64,000 nucleotides of DNA from assembly GCA_050950765.1 (NCBI GenBank), contig JBMNIF010000003.1:576001-640000 (forward strand). The letters are read 5' to 3'. Origin of the DNA: Bdellovibrionota bacterium. GTDB taxonomy: Bacteria > Bdellovibrionota_C > UBA2361 > JAAYZI01. Positions 38,534 through 47,853 of the stretch are shown here, piece by piece. The stretch's first letter is position 1, and each line of letters starts with the position of its first letter. The notes below the pieces were generated by a model, which was given only the letters and a program-made list of their open reading frames with translations, was not told the DNA's origin and did no database searches. The position numbers were made by a program, and so were the translations under genes.

Positions 38534-39586
38534 TTATTCAGTTAATAAGCAAACAGTAAATTTTCTCTCTCCAAAAGCAACTTTATCTCCATGTTTTAAG
38601 ACCCCTTTTTCTCCAATAAGCTCCTCTTTTTCTCCGCTATCTGCATGCCAAATTTTAGTTGCGCATTCAGATAGTTGATCAAGAACTTGGATCGGAGTCC
38701 CTTTAGTTACTCGTAAAATAGCGTGCATCGGAGAAACAGTTTGATCGTTTAAGTAAAGATAATTTTTATGCCCTGCTACTTCGGAAGTAACGATCAAACG
38801 TCCAACTCTTAATTCAAAAACTTCTCCATTCGGATCGTGATCATAGGAGACAAGAATTCCGACCAGCGGCGTTTTCTCTTCGGAAACTAAAAGATCTTTT
38901 TCAGGTGTTTCAATATGCCGTCCCGTCTGAACCTGTCGCACAGGAGCGTGTTGTGGTGCGGGTGTTGGAGAGGTTGTTCTTTCCGGTAATTTTTCAAACG
39001 GTTGTAGTCTCTGATAAGCCGGAGGTACTTCATCATAAGGGTGCAACGGTGGTCTCGCCTGTGGAGCATTTCCAAACGGCGCAACCTCACCTCTTCCTTG
39101 TTGATCAAACGGATGATGCAACGGTTTATTCTGCATACCGTAATCTTGAATAGGATCCGGAGTTCTACCTCTTGTAAAATTTGGTTGCGGCGTAACAACG
39201 GATGTCATCATTACACTACCGTCATTTAATGGTGGTCGCGGTGCCGTTTGTGCAACATTAAAGGAGCGATCTTGTGGAGATTCTAACGGCGTAATGGGGA
39301 TTTCATTAGGAACTCTCCCTAAATCAACTTCATTCCCATCAAGTGCAGATTGAAAAGGCGGACGTGAATTCCCAACGGGCTGCCCTGTATTTGGATCTCC
39401 AAGTTTTTGTGTAGATGTAATTTTTGAAGCTTCCAACTTATCACGTGAAATACGTGCACGCATCTCTCCCGTAATCTCTGGGGTTAACATTACTGTTCGA
39501 TTTCTGGCACGAAAAGTACGCCCGCTCTTGCCCTTAACTCCAGCACTAGCTTTATTCTCAGAATCTCTGTTATTAAAATCATCCAT
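38534..39586 (-). CDS. Pro/Gln-rich protein with C-terminal FHA-like domain
   Basis: GEVFELRVG...DQTVSPMHAIL...DQLS...LKHGDKVAFGERKF follows the FHA pattern; lies between the phosphatase and the kinase. Confidence 0.75.
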   Translation of the reverse strand: MDDFNNRDSENKASAGVKGKSGRTFRARNRTVMLTPEITGEMRARISRDKLEASKITSTQKLGDPNTGQPVGNSRPPFQSALDGNEVDLGRVPNEIPITPLESPQDRSFNVAQTAPRPPLNDGSVMMTSVVTPQPNFTRGRTPDPIQDYGMQNKPLHHPFDQQGRGEVAPFGNAPQARPPLHPYDEVPPAYQRLQPFEKLPERTTSPTPAPQHAPVRQVQTGRHIETPEKDLLVSEEKTPLVGILVSYDHDPNGEVFELRVGRLIVTSEVAGHKNYLYLNDQTVSPMHAILRVTKGTPIQVLDQLSECATKIWHADSGEKEELIGEKGVLKHGDKVAFGERKFTVCLLTE

Positions 39587-39608
39587 CTGAACAACCCCAA
39601 TTATTAAA

Positions 39609-40592
39609 TTAACGACTTACAAAAAATATCACTGCTATCACTACGATCATTGCAGCAAAAACAGATAGCAAAAAAGCTCCGAGAAGTGTTTTACCCCAAC
39701 CGCCCTTACTATTTTTATTTTTTACCGTCTTCTGTCTACGCATCCTGATAGCTGCCATCTCATCATATCCGGCAGGAGGCTCTTGCCTAACCTGTCCACC
39801 AACAGGAATAATTGCTACGGTAATATTATCAAAGCCACCCCGTTCTTTTGCTAAATCCACCAATTTGACGCAGGCGTGTTGCGGAGTTTCGTTATTAACG
39901 ATCTCTGCTAATTCATCATCTGTAACTTCACTGTAAAGCCCGTCACTACACAGCACTACGATATCATTAGGAGCTCCCTCTACTGTTTCCCAGAGCCAAT
40001 ATTTTTGAACATCAACTTTTAAGCCAGGCTCTGCACCGATACATCTAGTTAAAATATGTGCATCAGGGTGTGAGAGAGCATCTTCTTGCATAATTTTACC
40101 TTCATCGACCAACTGCTGCACATAAGTGTGATCTTTTGTCAGAAGCTCTATCTCACCATCTCTAATAAGATACGCTCTAGAATCACCAACCCAACCGATC
40201 GCCAATTCAATTCCGCTGAAAGTTACAGCAACCGCCGTGGTGCCCATCTGCGAAAAAGCTTGATTCTGCCGCCGCAGCACGATGACCCTGTTCGCCTCCA
40301 TAAACGCACTTCTTGTAGCTGTGACTAAAGGTCGTGCCGAAAAGCCCTCCAGATCACGTTTAATAGCGTCCACTGCCAACTGTGCAGCCAACTCTCCTCC
40401 TGCCACTCCACCCATGCCGTCGCAGACCAACCACATCAAACCGGATGGTGATTCAATCACAGCATAACGATCTTCGTTTAGATCCCTCTCACAACCCGTA
40501 TCCGTGATTGCAGCAGGGATATTTTTATCTGCAGCATTAGCACCTTCCACAGAAGATCTATCACCAATACCTTCATTCGATTTTGTCAGCAT
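39609..40592 (-). CDS. PP2C-family (PrpC/PppA-like) Ser/Thr phosphatase with C-terminal TM
   Basis: TDTG..R..NEDRY, VCDGMGG, MGTT, VGDSRAY, LCSDGL, GGFDNIT. Confidence 0.95.
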   Translation of the reverse strand: MLTKSNEGIGDRSSVEGANAADKNIPAAITDTGCERDLNEDRYAVIESPSGLMWLVCDGMGGVAGGELAAQLAVDAIKRDLEGFSARPLVTATRSAFMEANRVIVLRRQNQAFSQMGTTAVAVTFSGIELAIGWVGDSRAYLIRDGEIELLTKDHTYVQQLVDEGKIMQEDALSHPDAHILTRCIGAEPGLKVDVQKYWLWETVEGAPNDIVVLCSDGLYSEVTDDELAEIVNNETPQHACVKLVDLAKERGGFDNITVAIIPVGGQVRQEPPAGYDEMAAIRMRRQKTVKNKNSKGGWGKTLLGAFLLSVFAAMIVVIAVIFFVSR

Positions 40593-41031
40593 GAGAAGCC
40601 CTCAAAATTTACCATTTTTACACATCCGCTATACTGCATTTAACCACTTTACTTTTTTCAACACTTCGACCTTGCACTCCAAGCAAATGCAAAATATCCC
40701 CGACCTTACAGATGCTTAGATTCATAATCCCTCACGAAAATAAGTATGCGCGGTTATTCTTTAACTACGTATTTGATTACCTAAGTTGCTATAAAGATCC
40801 TTTTTTATTAAGACCCTTAAAAAACACTCTCCCCGCCTTGCTTGACATCGTCTATTTTCATGAATAACTAAAGATCGCCCGTCAGGATAAAGAAATAACG
40901 AGCAATATATAACCACGTTCTATTTTAATAAGTGAAGTACGTCTCTCTCACTTCTCTCTTTTAGCAATAAACATCTCTCTTATTATCTCTTATTACTATT
41001 CCACAAAAAGAAAAAGATGGTGCCCTCTTCT

Positions 41032-41048
41032 TTGGCATACCTCTTGCT
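41032..41048 (+). promoter_or_regulatory. Sigma54 (RpoN) -24/-12 promoter
   Basis: TTGGCATACCTCTTGCT: GG at 41034-35 and GC at 41046-47 give the exact canonical spacing; about 55 bp upstream of ATG 41104. Confidence 0.7.
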
Positions 41049-41094
41049 CTTACAACTCTGTACGTATTGATAGACAAAGAAATGTCGATGGAGA

Positions 41095-41958
41095 TTGCCT
41101 AGGATGGTAAGTATACGAAACACAGAAAATATTGAAAGATCTAGCACTATTAGGAGCTACTCCAATACTGCCTCAAGTAGTACGAGCGGTTCTGATTTCA
41201 GTGCTCAACTGGAGCAATTATTGACCAATAGCGGTAAGGACTATTTTACCGAAAAGGAAATTTTTTCCGCTATTGCAGAACGGGAGATCTCTTCTAATCC
41301 TGAAGCCCTAGAAGTTTTTCGGAATGCCTACAACGAATCGTTGCAAAGTTACGGTGCCGACAAGAAGAGAGCCGTTCTTTACGCCACTAATAGAGCGATA
41401 AAAGCAACCCGCGTGGCGGGATATCTATCTCGTCAGGAAGCACATCAACTCCGTGCTCGTGCCCTTGGAGCTGCGCAGATGGATAACAACCCCTACCGAC
41501 TGGGAACAGCTAGTCTTTCTGAAGGGGATCAAAAATATGCACTAAAAGATATCTTATCATCTGCCACTCAAAAGATGAATAATTATAATGACGGTACGGA
41601 AGTCGCCATTCTTCGTCGAGACTGCCGCAGAATCTTAAAAGAGTTAAAATACGGCTCTGCCAACGTAGCAGATTCAACAGACGGTAAGATTAGAACTACT
41701 TATACTTCTGAAATAGATACCTCTAAAAACAACTGTGAAACTAAAGAGGTATTAACAGATAAAGACGACTCAGATCTTGTTTCTTTATCTTCTCTCTATT
41801 TATCAGCAGGATACTTCTCAAACTACTCCGATCTGTTAACAGCTGCCCTTTTAGGAGACGATAAAGTTTCAGATGAAGAAACTTCTAAAGAATCTCACAC
41901 AAAAAAAGAAAGTGAAGATCTCTCGGATAATGCTTTGAAAGATACAGACACGCCTTAA
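41095..41958 (+). CDS. Hypothetical protein with Ser/Thr-rich N-terminus
   Basis: 287-aa ORF; likely start ATG 41104 (GGAG upstream); no Sec signal or TM. Confidence 0.75.
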   Translation: MPRMVSIRNTENIERSSTIRSYSNTASSSTSGSDFSAQLEQLLTNSGKDYFTEKEIFSAIAEREISSNPEALEVFRNAYNESLQSYGADKKRAVLYATNRAIKATRVAGYLSRQEAHQLRARALGAAQMDNNPYRLGTASLSEGDQKYALKDILSSATQKMNNYNDGTEVAILRRDCRRILKELKYGSANVADSTDGKIRTTYTSEIDTSKNNCETKEVLTDKDDSDLVSLSSLYLSAGYFSNYSDLLTAALLGDDKVSDEETSKESHTKKESEDLSDNALKDTDTP

Positions 41959-41963
41959 GAAGA

Positions 41964-43322
41964 TTAATTTACATACCCTAGTGTCTTCAATCTATTCAAC
42001 ATCTCTTCATCTAAATTGACGTTGACCTCTTTATGTAGAGCTTCATATTTCTTATCCTCTAAAGCTTTAAGCTTTCCCCTTAATCTTGCCGTTACCTCAC
42101 GATCTTCAGTGACGATATTCTTCTTTTCATTAAAATCAGTTTTTAGATTAAAAAGCTCCTCTTTTTTAACACCTTGATAAACACTTTCTATAAAATGAAG
42201 ATCATCAGAGATAACAGACCTGAAAGTAGTGTGTGTTTCCTGCATCTCAGGTCGTCTTAATAACTCCGAAAAGATAGCGCGCTCCCTTAACGGATCCTTA
42301 AAAATAGCGGGAACTAAAGTATATCCCATCCACTCTTTTTCCTGCTTAAAACCGCACAGATCAGCAAGCGTCGGTAAAACATCGATTAAACTCACCGTTT
42401 GTGCAACACGGTGCGGCGTAATATCAGGGTGATATATCATTAACGGTACATGCAAAACTTCCCTGTAAAGACTTTTCCCGTGTGTATAATTTCCGTGTTC
42501 AAAAAACTCTTCTCCGTGATCTGCAACAACGATCACAGTTGCATTTTCTAACCAAGAATACAGATCAAACATCTCCGCTATATGTTTATCGAAATACGAG
42601 ATCTCACTATCATAAGCATTTATCTTCTTCTGCAATCTATCAGAAGTTTCTTCATACCACGGCTTTCTTTGATGGTACGGCAGATGCGGATCCATATAGT
42701 GTAGATAAAGGAAGTACTTTCCATTATTATCTAGATCGCTTTTCCAACTTTTTAAAACGGAATTGATTTTTTCAGCTCCGGCATAGTTAAAAGTCTCAAA
42801 CTTATCAAAGCCCTGATCATATCCCATCTCTCTTGAGATATTCATATTATCAGCCAGAGAATAAGTTTTATAACCTGCCTGCTTGAAAACTTCTCCTAAC
42901 GTCACGAAATCAGCAGGAATAGCATTTAAAACGATACCTTTGTCTTGATATTTTTTTGCCAACCGTTTTGTGGCGATATAACCCGTAATTACTCCGTGTT
43001 GACTCGGATATAACGAGGTAAAGATTGAAGCCGTTGATGGTGCCGTAGTTGAGGAAGTTGAAAAAGCTCTTTCAAAAATCACACTCTTTTCAGCAAGGCT
43101 ACTTAAAAACGGAGCTGTATCTTTATGATAACCATAAAACGGCAGATGATCTGCCCGCAGTGTATCAATTAAAAGTAAAACTACATTATCAGTTTTTCTT
43201 AGAACCTTTTGAGGTGTCGTTTTTTTCCCACCACTTTGACAAGCTGTCATAAAAAAACAGACTAGAAGCAACAGTACATAGATAAACTTATTTTTCATCG
43301 TTCCTTTTTCTGTCACACTCAC
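41964..43322 (-). CDS. Sulfatase-like lipoprotein (alkaline phosphatase superfamily, Thr nucleophile)
   Basis: Lipobox FMTAC, IDTLRADH, TTAPSTASIFTS, HYMDPH, ADHGE, HG...HVPL. Confidence 0.88.
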   Translation of the reverse strand: MSVTEKGTMKNKFIYVLLLLVCFFMTACQSGGKKTTPQKVLRKTDNVVLLLIDTLRADHLPFYGYHKDTAPFLSSLAEKSVIFERAFSTSSTTAPSTASIFTSLYPSQHGVITGYIATKRLAKKYQDKGIVLNAIPADFVTLGEVFKQAGYKTYSLADNMNISREMGYDQGFDKFETFNYAGAEKINSVLKSWKSDLDNNGKYFLYLHYMDPHLPYHQRKPWYEETSDRLQKKINAYDSEISYFDKHIAEMFDLYSWLENATVIVVADHGEEFFEHGNYTHGKSLYREVLHVPLMIYHPDITPHRVAQTVSLIDVLPTLADLCGFKQEKEWMGYTLVPAIFKDPLRERAIFSELLRRPEMQETHTTFRSVISDDLHFIESVYQGVKKEELFNLKTDFNEKKNIVTEDREVTARLRGKLKALEDKKYEALHKEVNVNLDEEMLNRLKTLGYVN

Positions 43323-43396
43323 TACTCAAAAAGACACAAACTAAAAGCTATGCTGGCAGAAGCTGTTCCATCCTGCCTAAGGTTTAAAAAAACATC

Positions 43397-44230
43397 TTAT
43401 TTAAAACGTCCTTCAATAAAGGGGACTTCAAAAACTTTTTCATGCAAAATCGGTCCATGCCCGAAGAAGCCATCTTCACCAAAGAGCTCTCCGTGATCTG
43501 CCGTAACCATGACATAAGTGTTTTGTGGCACAACCTCATAAAGTTTTTCAAAGAGTCCATCAAGGTACTCGACATTTTTGCGCTGCTTATCTTTAAGCGC
43601 ATTCATTCTGTCACCTGTAAAAAGGTTCTGAAACTTCTCAGAAACTGCGTCATCGTTATCATCATCCATGTGCTTAAAAACACCGTGCACGCCGTGTAAA
43701 ATAGGTAGATCTTCTGCCGTTTCACCCGGTATTGTATATGGATAATGTGTCTCTCCAACGTTCATCAGATAAAACGAGGGAGCTTCCTGATCAAACTTTA
43801 AAGTATTGATCATCGCTTCAAAATCATTATGACGATCCATCAATTCATAACGATCAAAGTGACGATTTAAATTTGTAGCTTGATTTAAAACAGGTAACGA
43901 CACTAACGCATTCGTTTTATAACCGTGCTGCTTTAAGAACGCCGCTAATGAAAGTTGCGGCACGAAACCACGAAACGAGATATCAGGAATACCGAGTCTA
44001 ATAGACCATTTTTGGAAATCTTTTTTGTATACTTCAGAAGCATAAACATACTTCGGCGAAGTATGCGGGCTAACCCCCATCATATAAACAGCATGCGCCG
44101 GTAACGTCCAGCTAGCATAAGAGTACCGTCTCTCCAACTCTCCTATCTTACTAATATTAGGAGTAGCTGCTGCTTTAAAGGTATCAAATCTACAACTATC
44201 AAAAACTATCCACAAAAAATTATTTTTCAT
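43397..44230 (-). CDS. Sulfatase-like metalloenzyme (alkaline phosphatase superfamily), cytoplasmic
   Basis: DSCRFD, SWTLPAH, ETHYPY, TADHGELFGE, GHG, EVPF. Confidence 0.85.
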   Translation of the reverse strand: MKNNFLWIVFDSCRFDTFKAAATPNISKIGELERRYSYASWTLPAHAVYMMGVSPHTSPKYVYASEVYKKDFQKWSIRLGIPDISFRGFVPQLSLAAFLKQHGYKTNALVSLPVLNQATNLNRHFDRYELMDRHNDFEAMINTLKFDQEAPSFYLMNVGETHYPYTIPGETAEDLPILHGVHGVFKHMDDDNDDAVSEKFQNLFTGDRMNALKDKQRKNVEYLDGLFEKLYEVVPQNTYVMVTADHGELFGEDGFFGHGPILHEKVFEVPFIEGRFK

Positions 44231-44256
44231 ATTAAAAAATCCAATAAATACGCCTT

Positions 44257-45075
44257 TTAAACTGCAATTCCGAAAACTTTACTTGCTAGCAACCCACTTA
44301 AAACCGAAACAACAAAAAACAACACCAGCCAATGCCACTTAATGCCGCAAAACTTATAACTTACACTCGGATATTCAATAACGATTTCAGAGATGGGAGA
44401 CTCCGCTGGGATAAGCGCCTGACCAGGATAAAGCACAGCCACATAGGGGCTTTTCAACTGTTTTGCAGGGATCTTCGCCTCCGTAGCATTATCAACCGTC
44501 ACACTTTGCGGATAAGTGTTCTTTCCATCACTAACCTCAAGCGCTATCGAGTTTTGATCTTGCGGAGTAATACGCCAAATCACCTCGTTATCTTCCAACA
44601 CCCTTAAACGGGGTGTGATATCAACGTTTTCAGAGGTTGTTAAAGATATCGTATCAAGATAAGCCTCATTATCCACCTTCACCCTTACTAAAGCAGGCTC
44701 TCCTACCTTTAGACCGTCAGTTTCATAACGTAGATTAAACTGCGCTAACATCAGGAGACACGGTATCATCAAAACGATAATAGGTGGCACAGCATAGGCA
44801 AAATAAACAGCTGCACCTACCAACATACGCAACTGAGCTGCTAAACATATCCGCAGATCGTGTCTATACAAAACAGACTCGAAGAGAGCCGCTACGATCT
44901 TTCGTTTAATATTTCTAATCCCGTTCTGATTTGAAATCACCCCGTAGCAGAGGAGTAATAAAACGCCGCTCACAACAGAAAGGAACAGCAACCCCCACAA
45001 CTTGGGCACCCCTCGAAACGGATACAGAGAGAGGTCTGTAATTGAGGTTAAAATATTATTAAAAGAATCAATCAT
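44257..45075 (-). CDS. Membrane protein, possibly DUF106/EMC3-TMCO1-like
   Basis: TM, then a basic helical segment, then a TM with PxxxxxIP, a soluble insert, and a C-terminal W..F...S...G....K.FG TM. Confidence 0.5.
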   Translation of the reverse strand: MIDSFNNILTSITDLSLYPFRGVPKLWGLLFLSVVSGVLLLLCYGVISNQNGIRNIKRKIVAALFESVLYRHDLRICLAAQLRMLVGAAVYFAYAVPPIIVLMIPCLLMLAQFNLRYETDGLKVGEPALVRVKVDNEAYLDTISLTTSENVDITPRLRVLEDNEVIWRITPQDQNSIALEVSDGKNTYPQSVTVDNATEAKIPAKQLKSPYVAVLYPGQALIPAESPISEIVIEYPSVSYKFCGIKWHWLVLFFVVSVLSGLLASKVFGIAV

Positions 45076-45132
45076 TATGCAGCCGCTATCGTTTAAAGAT
45101 TATCAAGAGAGGTGCTTTTTAAAGAATAGGCT

Positions 45133-45354
45133 CTACTCTAAATATCCCAACCCTTTTAACTTGTTAGCGATATCCTCTATCTCTGCCGCACTCATCTCAG
45201 GCGCAGCACCAGAGGCAAGTACCTTATCTGCTTCAATCTCTAAGATTCCCGCCACATACTCATCAACAGAGCTGCATCCCTGCATAGCACAAACCTTTTC
45301 AAGTTTAGAATAAAGCTCACTATTTATCTTTACTTTTTTATTACCACCAAACAT
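45133..45354 (-). CDS. Small hypothetical protein (ribbon-helix-helix-like N-terminus, LKGLGYLE tail)
   Basis: 73 aa, GGAG RBS, lies within the operon; its tail resembles the RLKTLGYV tail of the neighbouring sulfatase-like protein. Confidence 0.65.
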   Translation of the reverse strand: MFGGNKKVKINSELYSKLEKVCAMQGCSSVDEYVAGILEIEADKVLASGAAPEMSAAEIEDIANKLKGLGYLE

Positions 45355-45430
45355 TTACAATTCTCCACTGATACCAAAGCATTAACTTTTCGAGAGATCT
45401 CTCTATTTATAACAGAGAGTAGACATCCTA

Positions 45431-47515
45431 CTACAAGATTATTTTTCCTTCCATATAAGGAGGAACCGGCACGGCAAAGAGATTTAAAACCGTAGGAGCG
45501 ATATCTATAATTGCTGGATTTTGCCCAACAATCTTCCAATTGGAAAATATTACCCCTGGAACCAATTCCGGATCTACGCAGTGATCTCCACTCCAAGCTT
45601 TCATATTATTTTCAAACACTTCAGGTCTTAATTTACCCGTCACTGATTCCCACGAGATCCTGTATCCACGTTTAAAGCCGACCACTATATCATAAGCATC
45701 ATTACGATATACCCCTTTATACTCTTTCGCCGTATCATAAAGTTTTCTAACGACACGCTCTCCCGTTTCAGGATCTTCAAGTGTAGATAACTTCTCCATA
45801 ATCTCCTGCTTTAAAGCAGGCAGATCTTCATCCGTTACGATACCGTTAAACTCACGCCCTTTCCGATTAATAAAGATCCCCGCTAGACCGATTGAAAAAG
45901 CTCTCGTTTTACTCCAATCAACATCTAATAGATAGTCCGTATCTGAAATTTTATCATTTTTCAGGGCAAGATAACCGTTTTTATACAACCACGTATTAAT
46001 ATTAACGCAACGCCTAAAAGATCCGAAGCCGTGATCACTTAAGACGATTAAAACATCTTGTGGCTTAATCTTAGCTCTAACTCGTCCCAATAAATCATCC
46101 ATCTTTTGATACATATCGGGAATGGCACTCTCAAAAGCCTTATTATCTTCCCTCGGAGAAGGGTGTTTATCATCGACATAACGCCAGAACATATGTTGAA
46201 TACGGTCACTGGCATCAAAGACACAGGTACAAAACCCCTCTTTAGTTCTATCAAGAGCATCGAAAAACATCTTCTCCCTCTCTTCATGGAAGATGTAAGT
46301 CTGTTCAAGAAAACGCTCATCGTCGATAGCTTTTTCATTACGCCCCCAAGTGTCTTCCATCAATCCGAGTGTGCCGTAAAGTCCCTGTTTTTTTGCCAAA
46401 TACGTGGAGAAAAAAGGTGGATAAGAGATCGGCAAAGACGGTTTCTCCGGATTGATATTCATCGCCGTCATATAGATAGTAACTTCCGGCTCTAACGATC
46501 TAAGGCAAAAACGGCTAATCCCACAAACTTCACCACGCAAACCGAACTTAAACTTTAAATTTATCCACGGGGAATATTCCCCCTCTTTTAATGAGATCTT
46601 GTCCTTACCTATCTCCAGCACACCCCCTGCACCGTTTGGTGTAAACTTAAACTTCACCTTTAACGGAGTCGGATCTTTATGATACGGATGTAACGGGCCC
46701 TCAATTATGCCATAAAAAGACTCCCCCTTACGTGTCAACTGACAGAACCTTCCGCCGGTGTGGTTTTCATTTTTTGTTAGATCTTCAGTTGTAAAAAAGG
46801 TAAAACTTCCCTGCGTCCCGAGGAGATCGGGCACACACATCGCAGAAAGGATATTCCCTGCAAATTTTTCAGGCGGATAAGAGATCGGCACCCTTAAAAC
46901 TGTTGAAAAAACCCCGTATTTACCGAGCACCTTCCAAAAAGGTTGAGATTTTCTAAGGATGGAGATCTTAGCTTTCCCCAAAGGATAGATAAATTTCCCG
47001 AGATGCAAAAACTTTTTCGGTGGTTCCGTTTTCGTTGACGAGAGGTTCGGCATACAGAAACGTTTATCACGCGTTAAAAAGTCGAAGATATTATGCGCAC
47101 CAGGGTTCACCCCCGTTTGATACGTTGACCACGCTACGGGTGAAACCGGCGGCAAAGTAGAACCTAACTTACTGTAACCGCCCTCCTGCTTCAGTGCTGA
47201 AAAATTCGGCAACATCCCTTCTTGCATATACCGTTCAACTAAAGACGGCTCCAAACCGTCCAACCCTACTATCACCACTCTACGTGTACGCGCCTTTTTA
47301 CTAATCTTTTTTCCACGTAACTTACGCCACACCCACTGCAAGGGCCAAAAAGCGAGCGTAAGAAATGCCATGCCGAAAGCTAAGATAAAAACAAAGGCAC
47401 TTCCAAGAAAGGCAAAGCCTGCACCTGGTCCAACATAAGCCCACGCTGCCTTAGGAGTTAGAGCTACGAACACGCAAAAGAGAAATTTATTAAAAGTAGA
47501 TCTATTTTTTTTCAC
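45431..47515 (-). CDS. Type I phosphodiesterase/nucleotide pyrophosphatase family protein
   Basis: GLDGL, PPVSPVAWSTYQTG.NPG.H.IFDF, DRIQH, LSDHGF, SGDH; N-terminal AYVGPGAG membrane segment. Confidence 0.88.
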   Translation of the reverse strand: MKKNRSTFNKFLFCVFVALTPKAAWAYVGPGAGFAFLGSAFVFILAFGMAFLTLAFWPLQWVWRKLRGKKISKKARTRRVVIVGLDGLEPSLVERYMQEGMLPNFSALKQEGGYSKLGSTLPPVSPVAWSTYQTGVNPGAHNIFDFLTRDKRFCMPNLSSTKTEPPKKFLHLGKFIYPLGKAKISILRKSQPFWKVLGKYGVFSTVLRVPISYPPEKFAGNILSAMCVPDLLGTQGSFTFFTTEDLTKNENHTGGRFCQLTRKGESFYGIIEGPLHPYHKDPTPLKVKFKFTPNGAGGVLEIGKDKISLKEGEYSPWINLKFKFGLRGEVCGISRFCLRSLEPEVTIYMTAMNINPEKPSLPISYPPFFSTYLAKKQGLYGTLGLMEDTWGRNEKAIDDERFLEQTYIFHEEREKMFFDALDRTKEGFCTCVFDASDRIQHMFWRYVDDKHPSPREDNKAFESAIPDMYQKMDDLLGRVRAKIKPQDVLIVLSDHGFGSFRRCVNINTWLYKNGYLALKNDKISDTDYLLDVDWSKTRAFSIGLAGIFINRKGREFNGIVTDEDLPALKQEIMEKLSTLEDPETGERVVRKLYDTAKEYKGVYRNDAYDIVVGFKRGYRISWESVTGKLRPEVFENNMKAWSGDHCVDPELVPGVIFSNWKIVGQNPAIIDIAPTVLNLFAVPVPPYMEGKIIL

Positions 47516-47853
47516 GTGCTGAAACTTAGCAGATTTTGCTCAATCCCTCCAGTAGCACCTAATAAACTAAGATCAATCGATTTTTAGGGAGAAAATCAGA
47601 AATTATTGCTATAATATAACATTGATTTTTACTACTCCGTTTATCCAGTAGGGGCATTCTTATCAAACTCTTGAATTTTCTCTATCTCTCTCAAGGGGAA
47701 TCTATTCAAAAATGGAAGGCACTATCTCCTTATCTACTTATTATCTTACTTCTTGTATCAACCATCTTAGATAATCCATCACCACTAGAGAATGAGTCGA
47801 CTCAACTATCCCCACCCTTTATACGTAAAATCTGAAAGTTTAGATCCTATACC

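Noticed and set aside
24877..40592. Tad-SctV cluster as a genomic island integrated at tRNA-Leu
   Set aside because: No integrase, no duplicated tRNA 3' end seen, and the cluster carries the same GATC-rich signature as core genes such as dnaK.
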